Origin: Lepidodermella squamata
Lineage: Eukaryota > Animalia > Gastrotricha
Assembly: GCA_047495785.1 (NCBI GenBank)
Contig: JBLDXI010000045.1
Span: forward strand, 861,869-925,868
Direction of reading: 5' to 3'
DNA: 64,000 nt
The notes under the pieces are model-generated. The model saw nothing but the letters and a program-made list of their open reading frames with translations, searched no databases and was not told the origin of the DNA. Numbering within the stretch: the first letter of the stretch is position 1; each line of letters opens with the position of its first letter. The position numbers were made by a program, and so were the translations under genes. Shown piece by piece: positions 1 through 12,739 of this stretch.

Positions 1-205
1 GTGATTTTTTCATGTTTTTGGTCCTAAACTGTTTTATGTGGGCAAAATGGTGTGGAATTCACTGAGCCCGAGCGTGCGTGGCGTACTTGCTCGATTAAAA
101 ATACGTGAGCATCCTTCGGCCATGGGGCTAAAATTCTTTGTCTAATTTCATAACAAAAATTCGAGTTCTCCAAAATACACGCAAAAGACCACAAATTGCG
201 CTCAC

Positions 206-656
206 CTCCTCCGTGAATATAAATCAGACAGGGCAATTTAGTAAGGAAGACGCAGCTTTGCTCATCGACTGCTTTCACTGGCCGATAAATGCGGACTTTG
301 ACCCCGGCGATATTCGACTTGGAATGGTGAACATGAGGATGCTGAAGCCGTTTCGATCCACTGAAGGCCCTCATAAAACGCCGCATGACGCTGTAGTAGG
401 CGCCTTTGAAGCCGAAACGCGATAGCATTTCGCCGAGACCGAGCGCCCCACTGGCCGAGCCCAACAAGAGCCGACGTCGCCACCGATTCTCAAGGTAAGC
501 TTTCCTGACTTTAGCATCCTCCTCGTCTTCCAGGAATTCCGGTCCTTCGGCGATTATTTCGTCCGCGCCCATTGCTATTGTCAACCGGCGGCTGTTTTTT
601 CTGCCAACAATTGACTCACTGTCGATGAATTTCAGCTCTTCATCGCTAGCTGCCAT
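206..656 (-). CDS. First coding exon of an arylacetamide deacetylase/NCEH1-like (HSL-family) alpha/beta hydrolase; the rest lies off the left edge
   Basis: Translation ends ...GVKVRIYRP...PCLIYIHGG|G, the HGGG oxyanion motif preceded by VRIYxP. A GTGAG donor at 205 splits the HGGG. ATG at 656. Confidence 0.75.
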
Positions 657-1532
657 TATTTTACCGCCGATACCTCGATTTGTCAATTAGTTGAATTAGT
701 TTTAAAAACAAATTGCTAGCGAGTGTGAAATAAACAATAAAAAAGTTGCCGGCAAACCGCGTGTGTACTCAAGAAGTACTTTTTTAGCTGTTGGGTGCGT
801 GTGACCCCGCGATTTCAAATGATGAATCTTAGATAATATATAGCTACTTTTTTCGACAGCGAATAATAAGGAATATTACGGCGCAGTATAGTCGACAACA
901 GGTAACGGGGCACACACGTGCTGCTTGTTAACCCCGTCTTTTCGCGGACTTTGGACCCGCATGAGCCTTTTGTCGTTCTCGGTAATGAGATACACGCCGT
1001 GGCGCCCTCAGTCAAGAGTGGGCTCGCGCTTAACACTCATTATCCTTATACTTCACGAATGAAAAAAATGAAAAATACCGGCAATATACACAAACAAGCG
1101 CAGCGTATTTCTGGCGGGGAATTTTAGAGTAAGTAATACGGCGGCAAAACAAACAAATAGCTGAACACTCTTTCATTTGATCCTCTCCAAGTTGAGAGCA
1201 TTACAATTATAGTTGTCATTAGGAAATTTCTGGCGAAATTGACCAACAAAACCGCGTTAATCTGATCTTGGCACTTGTGAGCTTTCGTGGTGGAAATAAA
1301 AGTTGACAAGTCATCATTTATCTCTCAGGGTTCAAAGTCCAATTTCAGGTAACATGACTGCTGTATTCAGCTATTCACCCTGAAACTCGGGACAACGTCA
1401 TAAAACAAAAATGACAAAACTCACAGCGACTTTATTTTTTTTTCATCAACTCAACATCAAAGTTTTACAGTGAAAACAATAAGTATTATTTATAAAAATA
1501 ATTACAAAATTACTATACATTTTGATAATTAG

Positions 1533-2460
1533 TTAGGCGCTAAAATTCGAAAAATAAGTTGCAGCTAATAGCGATGCCAAAGATAGCAAAGGCAGCGAAG
1601 CGAGGCTGATGGCGCCGGAGAAGGCTTTGCACGTCAGGCCACGATTGCAGTTATCTGAGCAACACGTGCACATTTGAACGCTAGAAAATGCACCGGCATT
1701 TGTGTCGTAGGCGATGCTAGACTCGAAGCAGGCATTAACCTGCGGGTAATACGTTCCGGGCAGGGTAGCTGGCGGCTGGACGTAGCCGGGTGCTCGCCAC
1801 GCAGTCCACGGTACAGGCTGAACCCAAGCAGCCCACGGTGCTGGTTGAACCCAGGCAGACCACGGCGCCGGCTGAACCCATGGCGCCCAAGGTGCGGGCT
1901 GCGTCCATGGGGCCCAGATCGCGGGCTGTACTGCCCAAGGCTGCGTCCAAGGCGCCCATGGTACGGCACCCCAAGCAACGGGAACTGGCGACCAGCCAAC
2001 AGGTGGTTGGCCCCAACTTGACCAGGCAGCGACGGACCAGGCTGCAGACCACGCCCCGGACCAAGTTGTCCACGAAGGCCGCGATCCGGGCGCCTGTTTA
2101 GGGCGGTACAGGTCAGTTGCTGCGGGGATCATGCCATTCAAATTGAACTGAGCTGAACTACCGCACACCCAGATCCAGATGGCGCCTCGATTGCCGTAAT
2201 ATTTTCCGCGCTAAAATATGTCCAGAAATAGGCCAAGAAATTTTAAGGAAGTTTCAAATTACCGCGCAGACATCACAACCGGTCTGCTGCCGACCATTTG
2301 ATGGGTAATCGGAATCGGCATCCGTAGAGCCGACGTAACAAGTCAAGGCTGAAATAAAAGAGCAATTGAAATTCGGATGACCAGTTTTATTTGTGAATTT
2401 ACCAGCAGCTCTGTTTGCGAAGATGGCGATTAGGAGGAAGGATAATTTTCCGGGCGACAT
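1533..2460 (-). CDS. GPI-anchored Ly6/uPAR (three-finger, quiver/sleepless-like) protein with a long Trp/Pro-rich insert; exons 2460-2403, 2348-2263, 2210-1533
   Basis: Signal peptide MSPGKLSFLLIAIFANRAAA, then LTCYVG...GCDVC...WVCG...ACFE...CTCCSDNCN (LU-domain cysteines with terminal CN), then a hydrophobic tail LPLLSLASLLAATYF. Two phase-compatible GT-AG introns of 54 and 52 nt. Confidence 0.8.
1795..1965 (-). repeat. Coding minisatellite, ~27-bp unit encoding PW[AS][PA]W[VT]QPA
   Basis: Repeated ggctgaaccca/ggctgcgtcca units; protein reads PWAPWTQP...APWAPWVQPAPWSAWVQPAPWAAWVQPVPWTAW. Confidence 0.85.
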
Positions 2461-3951
2461 TTCACTTGACAAATCACAGGGAGGCGGCAGGTGGCGACGG
2501 CTTAAATTTTGAGCTGTTTCGATAGCTATTCAATTACTATACTGCCTGTGGCGTGTAATGACTTAGAACCGGCTCGAGTTCGCAAGTTGCGTGACGCAGA
2601 AATCACTCAGTATGAGCGCGCTCCTTAGGCAAGCAGCCCAGGTATAACGACGGTGTCCCAGGAGCCGGAAGCGCTGGGCATGCTCACTTCCGGCGTTGCT
2701 AAGCGTTGCTGTAAATAAACAAAAGTCGGCGCTTTGTGTTAGCCAACTGCGTGCTTAGCAATTCGTAAACTTGGCTGACTTCACTTGCCGACGGATGCTA
2801 AAACACAGAGGCTACTATTCAGAACGCTGCGGTCGCGGGAATATTTTCAAATCTATACCGTAAATAAAAAATGTTTACCGGGCCGGCAATCGAACCCGTG
2901 ATAAAATAGTGCAATCTACGCAGTAGTGTCACCATGGTGATTTTTTCCTTATATCAAAATTCTCACTGCTATATTATTTTGCAATAAAAAAGTAGAGAGT
3001 TAAAAAGGAACGCAATCCCATGCATCCATTGAGTGTATACTAGAAAATTTATGCAGCCTAAAAGCTTGAAAACGGAAAATTCTTAGCAATTGGCTTCAAG
3101 TTTAGCGGTGTCTTGGAACAAAATTTCAAGCTGGATATACTGTCAATAAAATAACAGAATCTTTTTGTGGAACCGAATTTCGAACGTTGGCACCAAACGC
3201 AAAATATTTTTTTGGTATTGTTTAATCAATCGTGCGATTCCTGGAAATTTAGAAAACGCAGTTTAAGGTGATTTTGGTTCCGAAACAGGCAATATTTGCA
3301 AGTAAGACCCATAAAAAAATTTCGCACGATTTTGGACAATATTTGGACTTCAAGAATAATGGGTCTTCCTGTTACCGTAACCAAATTAACGGTGAGCCGA
3401 ACCTACTTTGCCGTAGCGGAACCAAATATGCTTATAGCGTAACCAAATTTGGAAATTCTCTAGTGCCCTGAAATCACTTTTCGGATTTTTTTGCGGGTCA
3501 ACATTGACCACAATAATTTGACGAAAATCACCAGTATATTCAGCGTAAAACATTCTCTACAAGACAGAGTGTTCAATTCAGAAGTCATGCTTCACCTATA
3601 ATTCAAATATAATTATTCAAAAAATGACTCTCGGCATATTTCGGCTTTGGTTCCGCTAAAAGATATTCTGAAGAATAATTGCTCGAATTTGAAAGCTGAG
3701 TTTGCTACCTTCAAACAGAATCCTCCTTTTTTTGATGATTATTACGTGTATTTTTTGTTCATTATTCTGTGTCAAAACCTGCTTGAATCGAGCTTGGTTC
3801 GACTCAATTTTCCCATTAAAAAACGGTCACGGAATCGTTGTCAAAAATGAAAAGAAACACAGATATTCGATGTAAATATACATTTTTATTCGATTTTTTT
3901 ACATATTCGAAATTAATTTTTGCACAAAAAATGATGAATATTTGCAATTGT

Positions 3952-6219
3952 TTACTTTTTCAGTGATTTCAGCTGTTCGCGAAGTTGCGGGACCACTATA
4001 GGGCGCCAGTCTCGTTGTCTCGCGATAAATCGTCGAAAATGAGGCGATTGTTGCACCAAAGTCGCAGAGAGGATAGCTCCAGTCATCGAAGCGATTTTCA
4101 TCAATAGCCCATAATCCTTGAAAGTCGATTGATGGACTTTGCTAACTTTTCCCAAAGCGGACGTCACGCCCATAACCTCGCTAAAAAGCTCTTCAATTTC
4201 ATTATTCCCCATTTTAGCTTGAATGAAAACTTCAGTGATAGGAACCATCGCAGGATCGCCAGAAATGATCGAATTTAAGCCCAGCATGAGGTTCATCAAT
4301 TCATATGGTTCCGGCTCCTCGAAAGACATCAAACGCCGTGCGATGAAAGCAGCAAATTGCTTCAGAGGCCCCGCAAATTCCTGCGACCAACGGGCTCGAA
4401 CGTCCTTATCAGCAATTCGCACGAGGGTGGCGAAACAAAACACGCTACTTTTTTCCTTATTGAAGGCAAATCGCACCATATCGCGAGCAACTGCAGTGTC
4501 CTGGAAAATCAGCCGAGCGAATTCGCCATTTCTCGACGACAAAATCATGCTGGCGACAAAATCAGCGACTCGAGCCGTGAAGCCAAGTTGCAGGAGGTAG
4601 TGATGGCCGGCATGCTCAGACGCGTATTTCTCCATGATTTCAGTCGCCCTGGGTAGAAATTTCACCATTCTCGTCGAAAACTCATCACAGTCCGCCAGAT
4701 TTTTCAGCAACGCCAGATTCGGCCGAGCTAAGGCAATCGTCACGACAGTATGTTTCATACTCTGAGAGATATCCGCCTTTCCGTCTTTCATCAATCTCTC
4801 GCCAAACGGCACCGTAAATTCAAGCCTGACCGAGTTGCAAACGTGAAAGGATAGATGATTATTGATTAAATAATCCATAGGTAGAAACAAGTTGCAGAAC
4901 TCATACGGAAGGTGAGTTAAAACTCCGAATAAGTTCAACATCAACCAGTTGAACGTGGTTGGAGATTCATTAAAGCCTGGGTAACTGTTACCCGGGTCTT
5001 GAACCAGGGTTTTATTGGCCCAGTCGCCAAATGACAGCAGATAGGCAAGCATTATTAAATCCAGTGATTTTCCACGTTGTACCAAGGGTGAATTTTCTAT
5101 GCACCGCAGGAAAACTTGGTTGTCGCGAAGTTTTTGCAGGACATCTGAAAAGTGGTACTGCCACTCGGAGGTTCCGACCTTTTGAACGCAAGTGCGAAGA
5201 TCGCCGAACTTCCGGCCGGAGAACACGAACAGAATTATCGCAGACGCGTACCAGCTCAAATCGTCGAACGGTTTGACTAGAACAGCCCGGGCCGGGTCGG
5301 CCGTGATTTGGCTGAAATACGGCAGGGCTAAAATGCCCCAGCCGATGAAAGCATTTTCAATATAGCCAGGTTTAGACGAAGCGAGTCGAATTAAAGCTTG
5401 GCGACTGACGCAACTGTAACCGAATGATTTTAGGAAATTTCTGTACCAAGGCTGGTTGATGACAGACTTGCATACCGGACCGTTTTGAACCCCATCGGCG
5501 ATATAAATCCAGTTGGCAAGCATTTCGGAGAACCAATAGAAAAATCTAAGTTCTGAACTCGTTGAAGTCGCAGGGTTCAGGCGTTCGAAAAACCAGAGAA
5601 GAGCTTTATTTTCGTTCAATTTGCTCAAAAGATGAGACTTCCGTCGAAAAGCTTCTTTATACTCTTTGGTTGTGTCGACAACGTAACGCCGCATGTGGAC
5701 AACGGTGTATAGGTTGAAATCCCAGCTTTTCGAATCGTCAATTGCTACAAAAATTTCGAGGCATTTCTCTAAATCTTGAACTCCGAACTGCCCTACGCCA
5801 AGTTTTGAATAGCCAGCCCTGAAATACGGCACCAGCTCTTCGCCCTCGCCTTCGTTGCTGATCGCGTGAGTCGCTAGGGCTATTGCGGTTAGTTCTTCGT
5901 ACCGTTTCAACTCGAACAACATAGCACAGGCTTCCATGGCGAGTTCAACCGTGTAGTCGCCGTGCATTTCAGCTGCTTCGTTGTAGCACTCGAGAGCGTC
6001 TTCGAAGCGACGCGAATTTTTAGCGAATCGGCCGCGTCTCATAAGTTCGAGGATTTCGCGGTCACGCTGTTTCGCCGCTGCCGGGCCACCGCCGGCTTTT
6101 TCTCGGGTCACCCTGCAGAACTCGGCGACTTTGTAGCGGTCTTTCAGGTCGAGGAAGTGCTGGTAGACATCGACTGACCCCGGCTTGGCATCATCGCCGA
6201 ATATCAGTTCAAAAGCCAT
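3952..6219 (-). CDS. Helical-repeat family ('LIFG-PGS' family) copy 1, 755 aa, intronless
   Basis: MAFELIFGDDAKPGS start, TPR-like GRFAKNSRRFEDALECYNEA, family motifs LRFF, QPWY..FL.SFGYS and KPFDDLSW. AATAAA (minus strand) near 3886. Confidence 0.9.
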   Translation of the reverse strand: MAFELIFGDDAKPGSVDVYQHFLDLKDRYKVAEFCRVTREKAGGGPAAAKQRDREILELMRRGRFAKNSRRFEDALECYNEAAEMHGDYTVELAMEACAMLFELKRYEELTAIALATHAISNEGEGEELVPYFRAGYSKLGVGQFGVQDLEKCLEIFVAIDDSKSWDFNLYTVVHMRRYVVDTTKEYKEAFRRKSHLLSKLNENKALLWFFERLNPATSTSSELRFFYWFSEMLANWIYIADGVQNGPVCKSVINQPWYRNFLKSFGYSCVSRQALIRLASSKPGYIENAFIGWGILALPYFSQITADPARAVLVKPFDDLSWYASAIILFVFSGRKFGDLRTCVQKVGTSEWQYHFSDVLQKLRDNQVFLRCIENSPLVQRGKSLDLIMLAYLLSFGDWANKTLVQDPGNSYPGFNESPTTFNWLMLNLFGVLTHLPYEFCNLFLPMDYLINNHLSFHVCNSVRLEFTVPFGERLMKDGKADISQSMKHTVVTIALARPNLALLKNLADCDEFSTRMVKFLPRATEIMEKYASEHAGHHYLLQLGFTARVADFVASMILSSRNGEFARLIFQDTAVARDMVRFAFNKEKSSVFCFATLVRIADKDVRARWSQEFAGPLKQFAAFIARRLMSFEEPEPYELMNLMLGLNSIISGDPAMVPITEVFIQAKMGNNEIEELFSEVMGVTSALGKVSKVHQSTFKDYGLLMKIASMTGAILSATLVQQSPHFRRFIARQRDWRPIVVPQLREQLKSLKK

Positions 6220-7185
6220 GGAATAAAACTTCTAAATATGATGGCAAAATTATTTGTCGAACTAATGAAACATGTCACATCCAACTATTTCAATTTAATC
6301 AAATCAAAATCACATAAAATCCTGGAATTTTGCAAACTTGGGCTCACTTATATGAGAAAATGAAGAACTCTCACGGGGACCAAACAATCGAGGCTAAATT
6401 TTGGCAGGAAAAGGCATTAGAAATGGATCTTACTTTTAGCGGAAAAATGTCTAGAATTTCAAATAGGCCTAAATCACTCTTCGAACTTTCAAGGATTGAC
6501 TATCATAATTCAAAAAGTGGAAAGTTTCAAAAAATCTACTAAAAATCTGAAATTAAAAAAAGGTTTCTTGAAATTCCTACATGCGCATGGTAAAATTTTG
6601 CCATTAGGAAATTGAATTTCTCTATGGCTGAATTAAATTTTTTAAGGCGGACTTTTTTCAATATTTTTACTTTATTTCCACAGAGGTATGAGCATTTAAC
6701 ACCCCAAAAAAGGCTCCAACGCAGCCAAAACAAATCGAGGGGTTCCAGAGAGGGTTCCTCTAGCCATAGAATATTCCCTTATTCTCCCAATTTTAGCAGC
6801 CATAGGTCATACAGCAGTAGCTGCAAAAATGTGAAAAAGAGGAAAAAGTCGCAACGGGGGAAAGTTTTTCTCCGAAATGAAATGAAAAATCCAAAGTTAT
6901 GAGTTTATACGTGCTTTTGATAAAGACTAGCTAAAGGTACCATGTTTCAAATTTTTTCCGACAAAAGAAGCTTTGACCTGACCAGATTTTATTGCTATCG
7001 ATTGCAACATCGCAACACAGAATGTGAGTAATAAGGAAACAAATCATCACGTGCGTCTCAGCCATTAATAATGGACCATCAAAGCATCGCAATAGAAAAA
7101 GCCCATCACTTCGGTGCAAATGTTGACCCGGTACAGAAACATAATGCAAAATGGTGAATTATACGAGTATGGTATGTAACAGTTT

Positions 7186-9503
7186 TTATTGATAATTTTT
7201 CAGCGCTTTTAGGTGATCGCGTAGTTGTTCAGTAGCTCGCGGCCGCCATTCCGGATTTCGCAAGATGATTCGCCGAAAATGCGGCAACTGTTCCGAAAAG
7301 GCGGCGGCAACCAACGCGCCCGAAATCGACCCGATTCGCATCATCAACTCGTAATCTTTGATATTTTGACGACCAGCCGCTAGTTTAGACACCTTCCCTA
7401 GCGCCGTAGTAGCGCCCATTATCTCGCCGAAAAGTTGGCTCACTTCTTCATTCGTGATTTTCGCCTCGTCAAAAACTTGTTGAATCGGCACGAGGATAGG
7501 ATCCCCAGCAATCAGAGAGTGAAAACTCAACAGCAAATTGACGAGTTCATGCGGGTCAAACTCGCTGAAATGCATCAATCGCCGCATTACGAAGGCCGCG
7601 AATTTTTTCAAGGGACCAGCAAACTTCTTCGACCAGCGAAGTCGCGTTTCAGGGTTAGCACTCCGCAATAAGGCAGCCAGGCAGCGAGGGTTACTCTTCT
7701 CCTTATCAAAGCAAAACTGGGCGAAATCATCGGAAGAAACTGTATCTAGAAAAACGATTCGCGAAAATTCCCCATTTTTCGCTGCTAAAATCATGTGAGC
7801 GATAAAATCGGCGATTTTCGACGAAAATCCGATTTGCAACACGCAATGGTACCCAGAATAGGCCGCAGCGTATTTCGACATTAATTCAACAGCTTTCGGC
7901 AGGTAGCGGACGATTCTCGAAGCGAATTCCTCGCAATTTGCCAATTTTTTGATTAAACCTGGTTCTTCCAAGCAAACTCCGACCTGAATTACGGAATGCA
8001 TAATACTTTGCATTATGTCGGCATTTCCGTCTTTCATCAACCGGTCGCCAAACGGGACGGTGAATTCCATGCGAACTGCGTTGCAAACATGGTACGAGAC
8101 GTGTTGGATCATAAATTCGAACGTGAAGAAAACATCGCGAAATTCGAGGCCGAAATGGCTCATTAATTGGTAAATGTTAAGCATTAACCAATTACTGGTT
8201 GTTGGAACAAGTTCACTACCCGGGAATTTACCAGGGTTCTGAACTAGGAGCTGGTAGCAATAATCGCCGTAAGCTAGCAAGTAGGACAAAAGGATCAAAT
8301 CAAACGCCTGTCCACGCTGTTCATTCGTTAGATTTCCAACACATCGAATGAAAACTTGGCTGAATCGAAGCTGTTTTAAAACCTCCGAAAATTGATACGG
8401 CCACTCGGCTGTTCCAACCTTGTGAGCATTCGGCCGTAAATCGTTGAATTTCCTACCCGCAAAATTTTAATCGAAATCGCCGACGCCAACCAGGCGAAAT
8501 CGTCGAAAGGTTTAGTCAATAGGGCAGTCGAAGGCTCCAGCTTCATTTTGGTAAGGTAAGGAATTGAAAGCAGGAAGAAGCCCATGTAAGCATTTTCAAG
8601 GGCGCCAGGCCTTGACGACGCTAGCCGGGTCAGCGCGTCCTTAGTTACGCAGCTGTAACCGAACGATTTCAGGAAATTTCGATACCATGACTGGCTACAA
8701 ATCGATTTTCCAAACGCGCCGTAGCCCAAGTTATCAGGCCCGTCCATAATATTCATCCAATTAATCACGAGTTCGGCGAAAAATCCAAAAAAACGAAGTT
8801 CAGAAGCTGAGGACGTAGCCATGTCCAGACGTTTAAACAGCGCCATCAGCGCTTTATTCTCAGAAAATTCCGCGGCTAGATGCGATTTCCGCTTCATAAC
8901 TTTCATAGCTTCGTCCTTATTCTGATACAAATGGTGGGTAGTATGGCTGACAAAGAAAAGATTGTAGTCCCAGCCCTTCGAATCGTCGATTTTCACCAGT
9001 GTTTCAAGAGTTCTTTCTAGATCGGCGGCGTTGAGTGTCTTCAAACCTTTCTTTTTAGCCTCGTCTTTGTCGAGTTCGTAACCCATTTCTGAATAGCTCG
9101 CAACAAAATGGTCGATCAAATCGTCACCTTCGCCATTTTTCGACATGCTGTGGATAGCCAGGGCGATGCCAGTTGATTCTTCAAAACGGCCAAGCTCGAA
9201 TAGAACTTCTGAGGCTTCAATGGCGAGTTCAATACTGAAGTCGCCAAGAATGTCAGCGGCTTCGTTGTAGCATTCGAGAGCGTCTGCAAATCGTTTGGAA
9301 TTTTTGGCGAAACGGCCCCGTCTCGTGAGTTCGATGACCTCGCGTTCGCGGTGTTTCACCGCAGAGGGACCGCCGGCTGCTTTTTCGCGAGTTTGTCGGC
9401 AGAATTCGGCGACTTTGTACCGGTCTTTCAGGTCAAGAAAATGCTGGTAGACATCGACTGACCCCGGCTTAGCATCCTCGCCGAAAATCAACTCAAATGC
9501 CAT
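7186..9503 (-). CDS. Family copy 2, closest to copy 1, broken by a 1-nt frameshift at ~8461-8464 (assembly error or young pseudogene)
   Basis: ORFs 8376-9503 and 7186-8298 join if one T is added to the run in aaaattttgcg, restoring IFAGRKFNDLRP...VGTAEW, collinear with copy 1 VFSGRKFGDLRT...VGTSEW. Confidence 0.85.
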
Positions 9504-10633
9504 TTAAAAATCTAAAAATCAGAGGAAATTAATGAAGATGATCACACAGCCCTAACCGGATTTCGAAACTGACAATAATTGAGTAATATCAGACGACCCC
9601 GTTTGGCATTAGGGAAATGGATTGAGTTCAACTGTTTTTTGCGCCGAATAAACACCATGGAAAAATACCAATTTTGGAGAAAAACGCAATGCGAAAACGC
9701 AAGCGGACTGCGTAACAGTAATTTGTACTCGAATTTGTAATATTTTTCACGCTCATTCACACAATTGCCATTCAATAAGTCGGGCTGAACGGCTATAATA
9801 TGCCTAGTGGGGAATGAAAAAGTTATGAAGACCCGATCAGCGATTCCGGGACCCCATTATATTAACGGTCATTCAAATATACAGAACAGCTGATGCATAA
9901 CCATTATTACGCAATACGCAACTGCCATTTCTTATTTAAAATTAAAATAAAAAAACAATTTAGTCCTGACATCATTTTTTGAGTTTCTATTTTCAAATGA
10001 GGAAATCGCGTGCGAGACCATTGCTGCTCACACCACATGTTGTAAGGGCAACTTTTAATGCTTCAGAAAATATACTATACCTTGAGTTGATTTTCAAGTT
10101 TTGTTAGTCAATGGTACTCAGTTTGAGCGGCTTGAACAAATATTTCACGAAGATTAATACAATTAAATGAGTTATCAATTAAGATGGCTCAAGATTCATT
10201 TGGCTCAGGTTAGTTAGGCGATAGCAACTACAATTCATAAAATCCCATCAAACACAAATCTTTCTTTTTTATTATTCGGAACCAGACCGATTATTAGGTA
10301 ATAGGTATGGTGGCGCTAGAATTAGCTTAGCTGAATATGACTCGACCAGTCGATCAGGAAAACAATTATTCTAAGATCTACGCTGAAACACCCGAGTTAC
10401 CAATTTTTCTGATTTCCATGGTACTTAACCGCTGTGTTTGATGTTTGATCAGCTCGAAATGAAAATAATCAGCATTACCGCCGAAAATATGCTCTTCGTT
10501 TGTACGTAAATAATGGTCACTTCTGCCCAGGTAACAAGCTCAAACTCAAAACAAAGTTTAAAAAGCAGTTTTATTCGATTTTTTCGACTTAATTCGATGA
10601 AACAATTAAAAAACCATCAACAAATGACAAGAA

Positions 10634-12739
10634 TTATTTCAAACATGCACGGCATTCGGCAACAAGTTTACGGCGTAGAGTCGGCTCAGCTTTGGAAACA
10701 AAGTTAAAAACTGGCGACTTTTCCAGTAAAATCGCTGTGACGATGGTGATACTCATCGTCGCAATTGCCCGCATGCGGCGGGTGAAATGGATATCGAACT
10801 GGGTGCCAGGCTGCGGTTCCCATAATTCACGTACTCCGGACGAGAAAATAAGCAGAGATGTCATTATTTTGAAAGCTTCTTTCTGGCGCAAGTCCAACTT
10901 CCCTAAGGTTGTTGCCCGGCCGTATAGCGCTTGAAATGACAACAGGGCCTGCACGTATTCGTCAGGAGTAACCGAGTAAAACGTAGCCATTTTCCTGCGG
11001 ACTGTTAACGCGAATTTTTCAAGAACCGACGGGTACAGCTTCGACAATCGAGTTAGATCCTCAGCACTAGCAGCTCTCACCATCGCTGTCATGGCCCGGC
11101 TGTTGATTTTCTCGTTGCTGAACAGATAACCCAGGCACAATCGGCCATCGATTGTATCCTGCATCACCATTCGATGAAAAACTGACGATTTACTCGATAG
11201 CGTGAATAGTTCAGCGATGAAACTCAACGTGTACATGTCAATCTTTTTCCGAATATCGCGGTCGTTGTGAATTTGCGTAGATTTGATTGCCGATTCAAAG
11301 CAGCTGGTGAATATTTTGAAGTACCTTGAACAAAATTCCTCACAATCAGCCAATTTCGGAACCATATTATTACGAACGCCGGTTAACTGTAGGTACTCCT
11401 CGCCAACCTCTGTCGTGCCGTGAAGGTTGAAATTTCCAGCCGATTTCACGAGCCGCTCAATGCTGAATAGCCGCGACATAGGCAGAGATGCCAGTTCGTT
11501 AATTACAGGAAAATCTTGGAAACGGCGAGTTAAATAAATCATCGGCCACAGAAAATTTTGATCCGTTATCGGTTTCTCGGCTTTACCCGGGTACTCGCCG
11601 GGTTCGGCCAGGAAGAATTCGTGACCCCACTCGCCACAAGCGACGTGCCGGGCGAGAAGTAACAGGTCGAAAGATTTCGCTAGCTGTTCTTTCGGTAACG
11701 ATTCAACTCGATTCGAGAAAACCGGGTGATTTTCAAGAGCCATAAGACAATCGACGTAGATTTGAACGGTGTTGGCACTAGCCCACGCGTTTTTTCGGAC
11801 ATTCGAAAGTTCGGTTTTGGTGAACAAAAACAAGCTCATCGCTGATAAGAGCCATGAAAAATCGTCGAAAGGTTTCATCACAATTGCTTTTTCTTTGGAA
11901 TTGCGAACACGGCACATCACCGGCCATGCGAGTTGCGTCCAGCCGAAGATGATGTCTTCGAAAAATGCGTCGTTATTAGACTTGACCAGCCGGGTTAAGG
12001 CCTGTTTTGAGACGAGACTGTAACCGAATGAGACGAGAAATTTCGAGTACCAGGGCTGCGATGTTAGAAATTGCAGAGGCCGGGCCTTCTTGGTTTGCTT
12101 CACAATTTCCACCCAAGTACCGATGACAAAAATGAACCAAGAAATGAAGCGAAGTTCAGGTATGGACGAAGTTCCAACATCAGCAGAATTGAGTAATTTC
12201 AATAGGGCAACATTTTCCTGGACCATCGAAATTTTATGCAGATTTTCGACTAAATATTCGACAGTTTTCGGCTCTTTCAGCTGAAGATGGCGGCGAATGT
12301 GCATCACAGCAAATAGGTGATCGTCCCAGGATTTTACGTTTTCGATTTTGAATAGGCGATCCGTTGCCAGGTCGAAGTCAGTCACGTTGAATCGGATCGC
12401 TACCATGTTCTTGTTGGTATAGCCAAGATTTTTGTAGCACTTGTTGTAAAGAGGTAATAACAGTTTCGATCTTTCGGTTTCAATGCTTGATTTTACGACA
12501 GTCCCAGATAAAGCAGCGGCTTCTTCGTATCGACCCGCAGCAATCAGCTCATCAATGTCTTCTACGGTTATTTCTGGGGCTAATTCACAGGTGAGTTCAA
12601 CGGGTAAGTCGAAAACGCAGCGGCGGATCGATTCACGAAGCACCGCGACGCTGGTTCGGTCTTTCACGTCTATGAAGTGTTTGTAAACGTCAGATGAACC
12701 AGGTACAGCATTTTCTCCAAAAATTAATTCGAAAGCCAT
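10634..12739 (-). CDS. Family copy 3, 701 aa
   Basis: MAFELIFGENAVPGS, SQPWYSKFLVSFGYS, KPFDDFSW. tttttag lies directly before the ATG. Confidence 0.9.
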   Translation of the reverse strand: MAFELIFGENAVPGSSDVYKHFIDVKDRTSVAVLRESIRRCVFDLPVELTCELAPEITVEDIDELIAAGRYEEAAALSGTVVKSSIETERSKLLLPLYNKCYKNLGYTNKNMVAIRFNVTDFDLATDRLFKIENVKSWDDHLFAVMHIRRHLQLKEPKTVEYLVENLHKISMVQENVALLKLLNSADVGTSSIPELRFISWFIFVIGTWVEIVKQTKKARPLQFLTSQPWYSKFLVSFGYSLVSKQALTRLVKSNNDAFFEDIIFGWTQLAWPVMCRVRNSKEKAIVMKPFDDFSWLLSAMSLFLFTKTELSNVRKNAWASANTVQIYVDCLMALENHPVFSNRVESLPKEQLAKSFDLLLLARHVACGEWGHEFFLAEPGEYPGKAEKPITDQNFLWPMIYLTRRFQDFPVINELASLPMSRLFSIERLVKSAGNFNLHGTTEVGEEYLQLTGVRNNMVPKLADCEEFCSRYFKIFTSCFESAIKSTQIHNDRDIRKKIDMYTLSFIAELFTLSSKSSVFHRMVMQDTIDGRLCLGYLFSNEKINSRAMTAMVRAASAEDLTRLSKLYPSVLEKFALTVRRKMATFYSVTPDEYVQALLSFQALYGRATTLGKLDLRQKEAFKIMTSLLIFSSGVRELWEPQPGTQFDIHFTRRMRAIATMSITIVTAILLEKSPVFNFVSKAEPTLRRKLVAECRACLK

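Noticed and set aside
880-1050. GC-rich hairpin-forming patch considered as RNase P/MRP or another ncRNA
   Set aside because: The conserved CR-I/CR-V pairing was not found; more simply the upstream region of the esterase gene.
2875-2937. tRNA-like B box on the minus strand (gggttcgattgccg)
   Set aside because: No convincing cloverleaf or A box; at most a degenerate tRNA/SINE remnant.
3160-3700. Scattered short inverted and direct repeats (aaccaaat units; tagcggaaccaaa / tttggttccgcta)
   Set aside because: Probably an old transposon remnant, but no termini or TSD could be defined.
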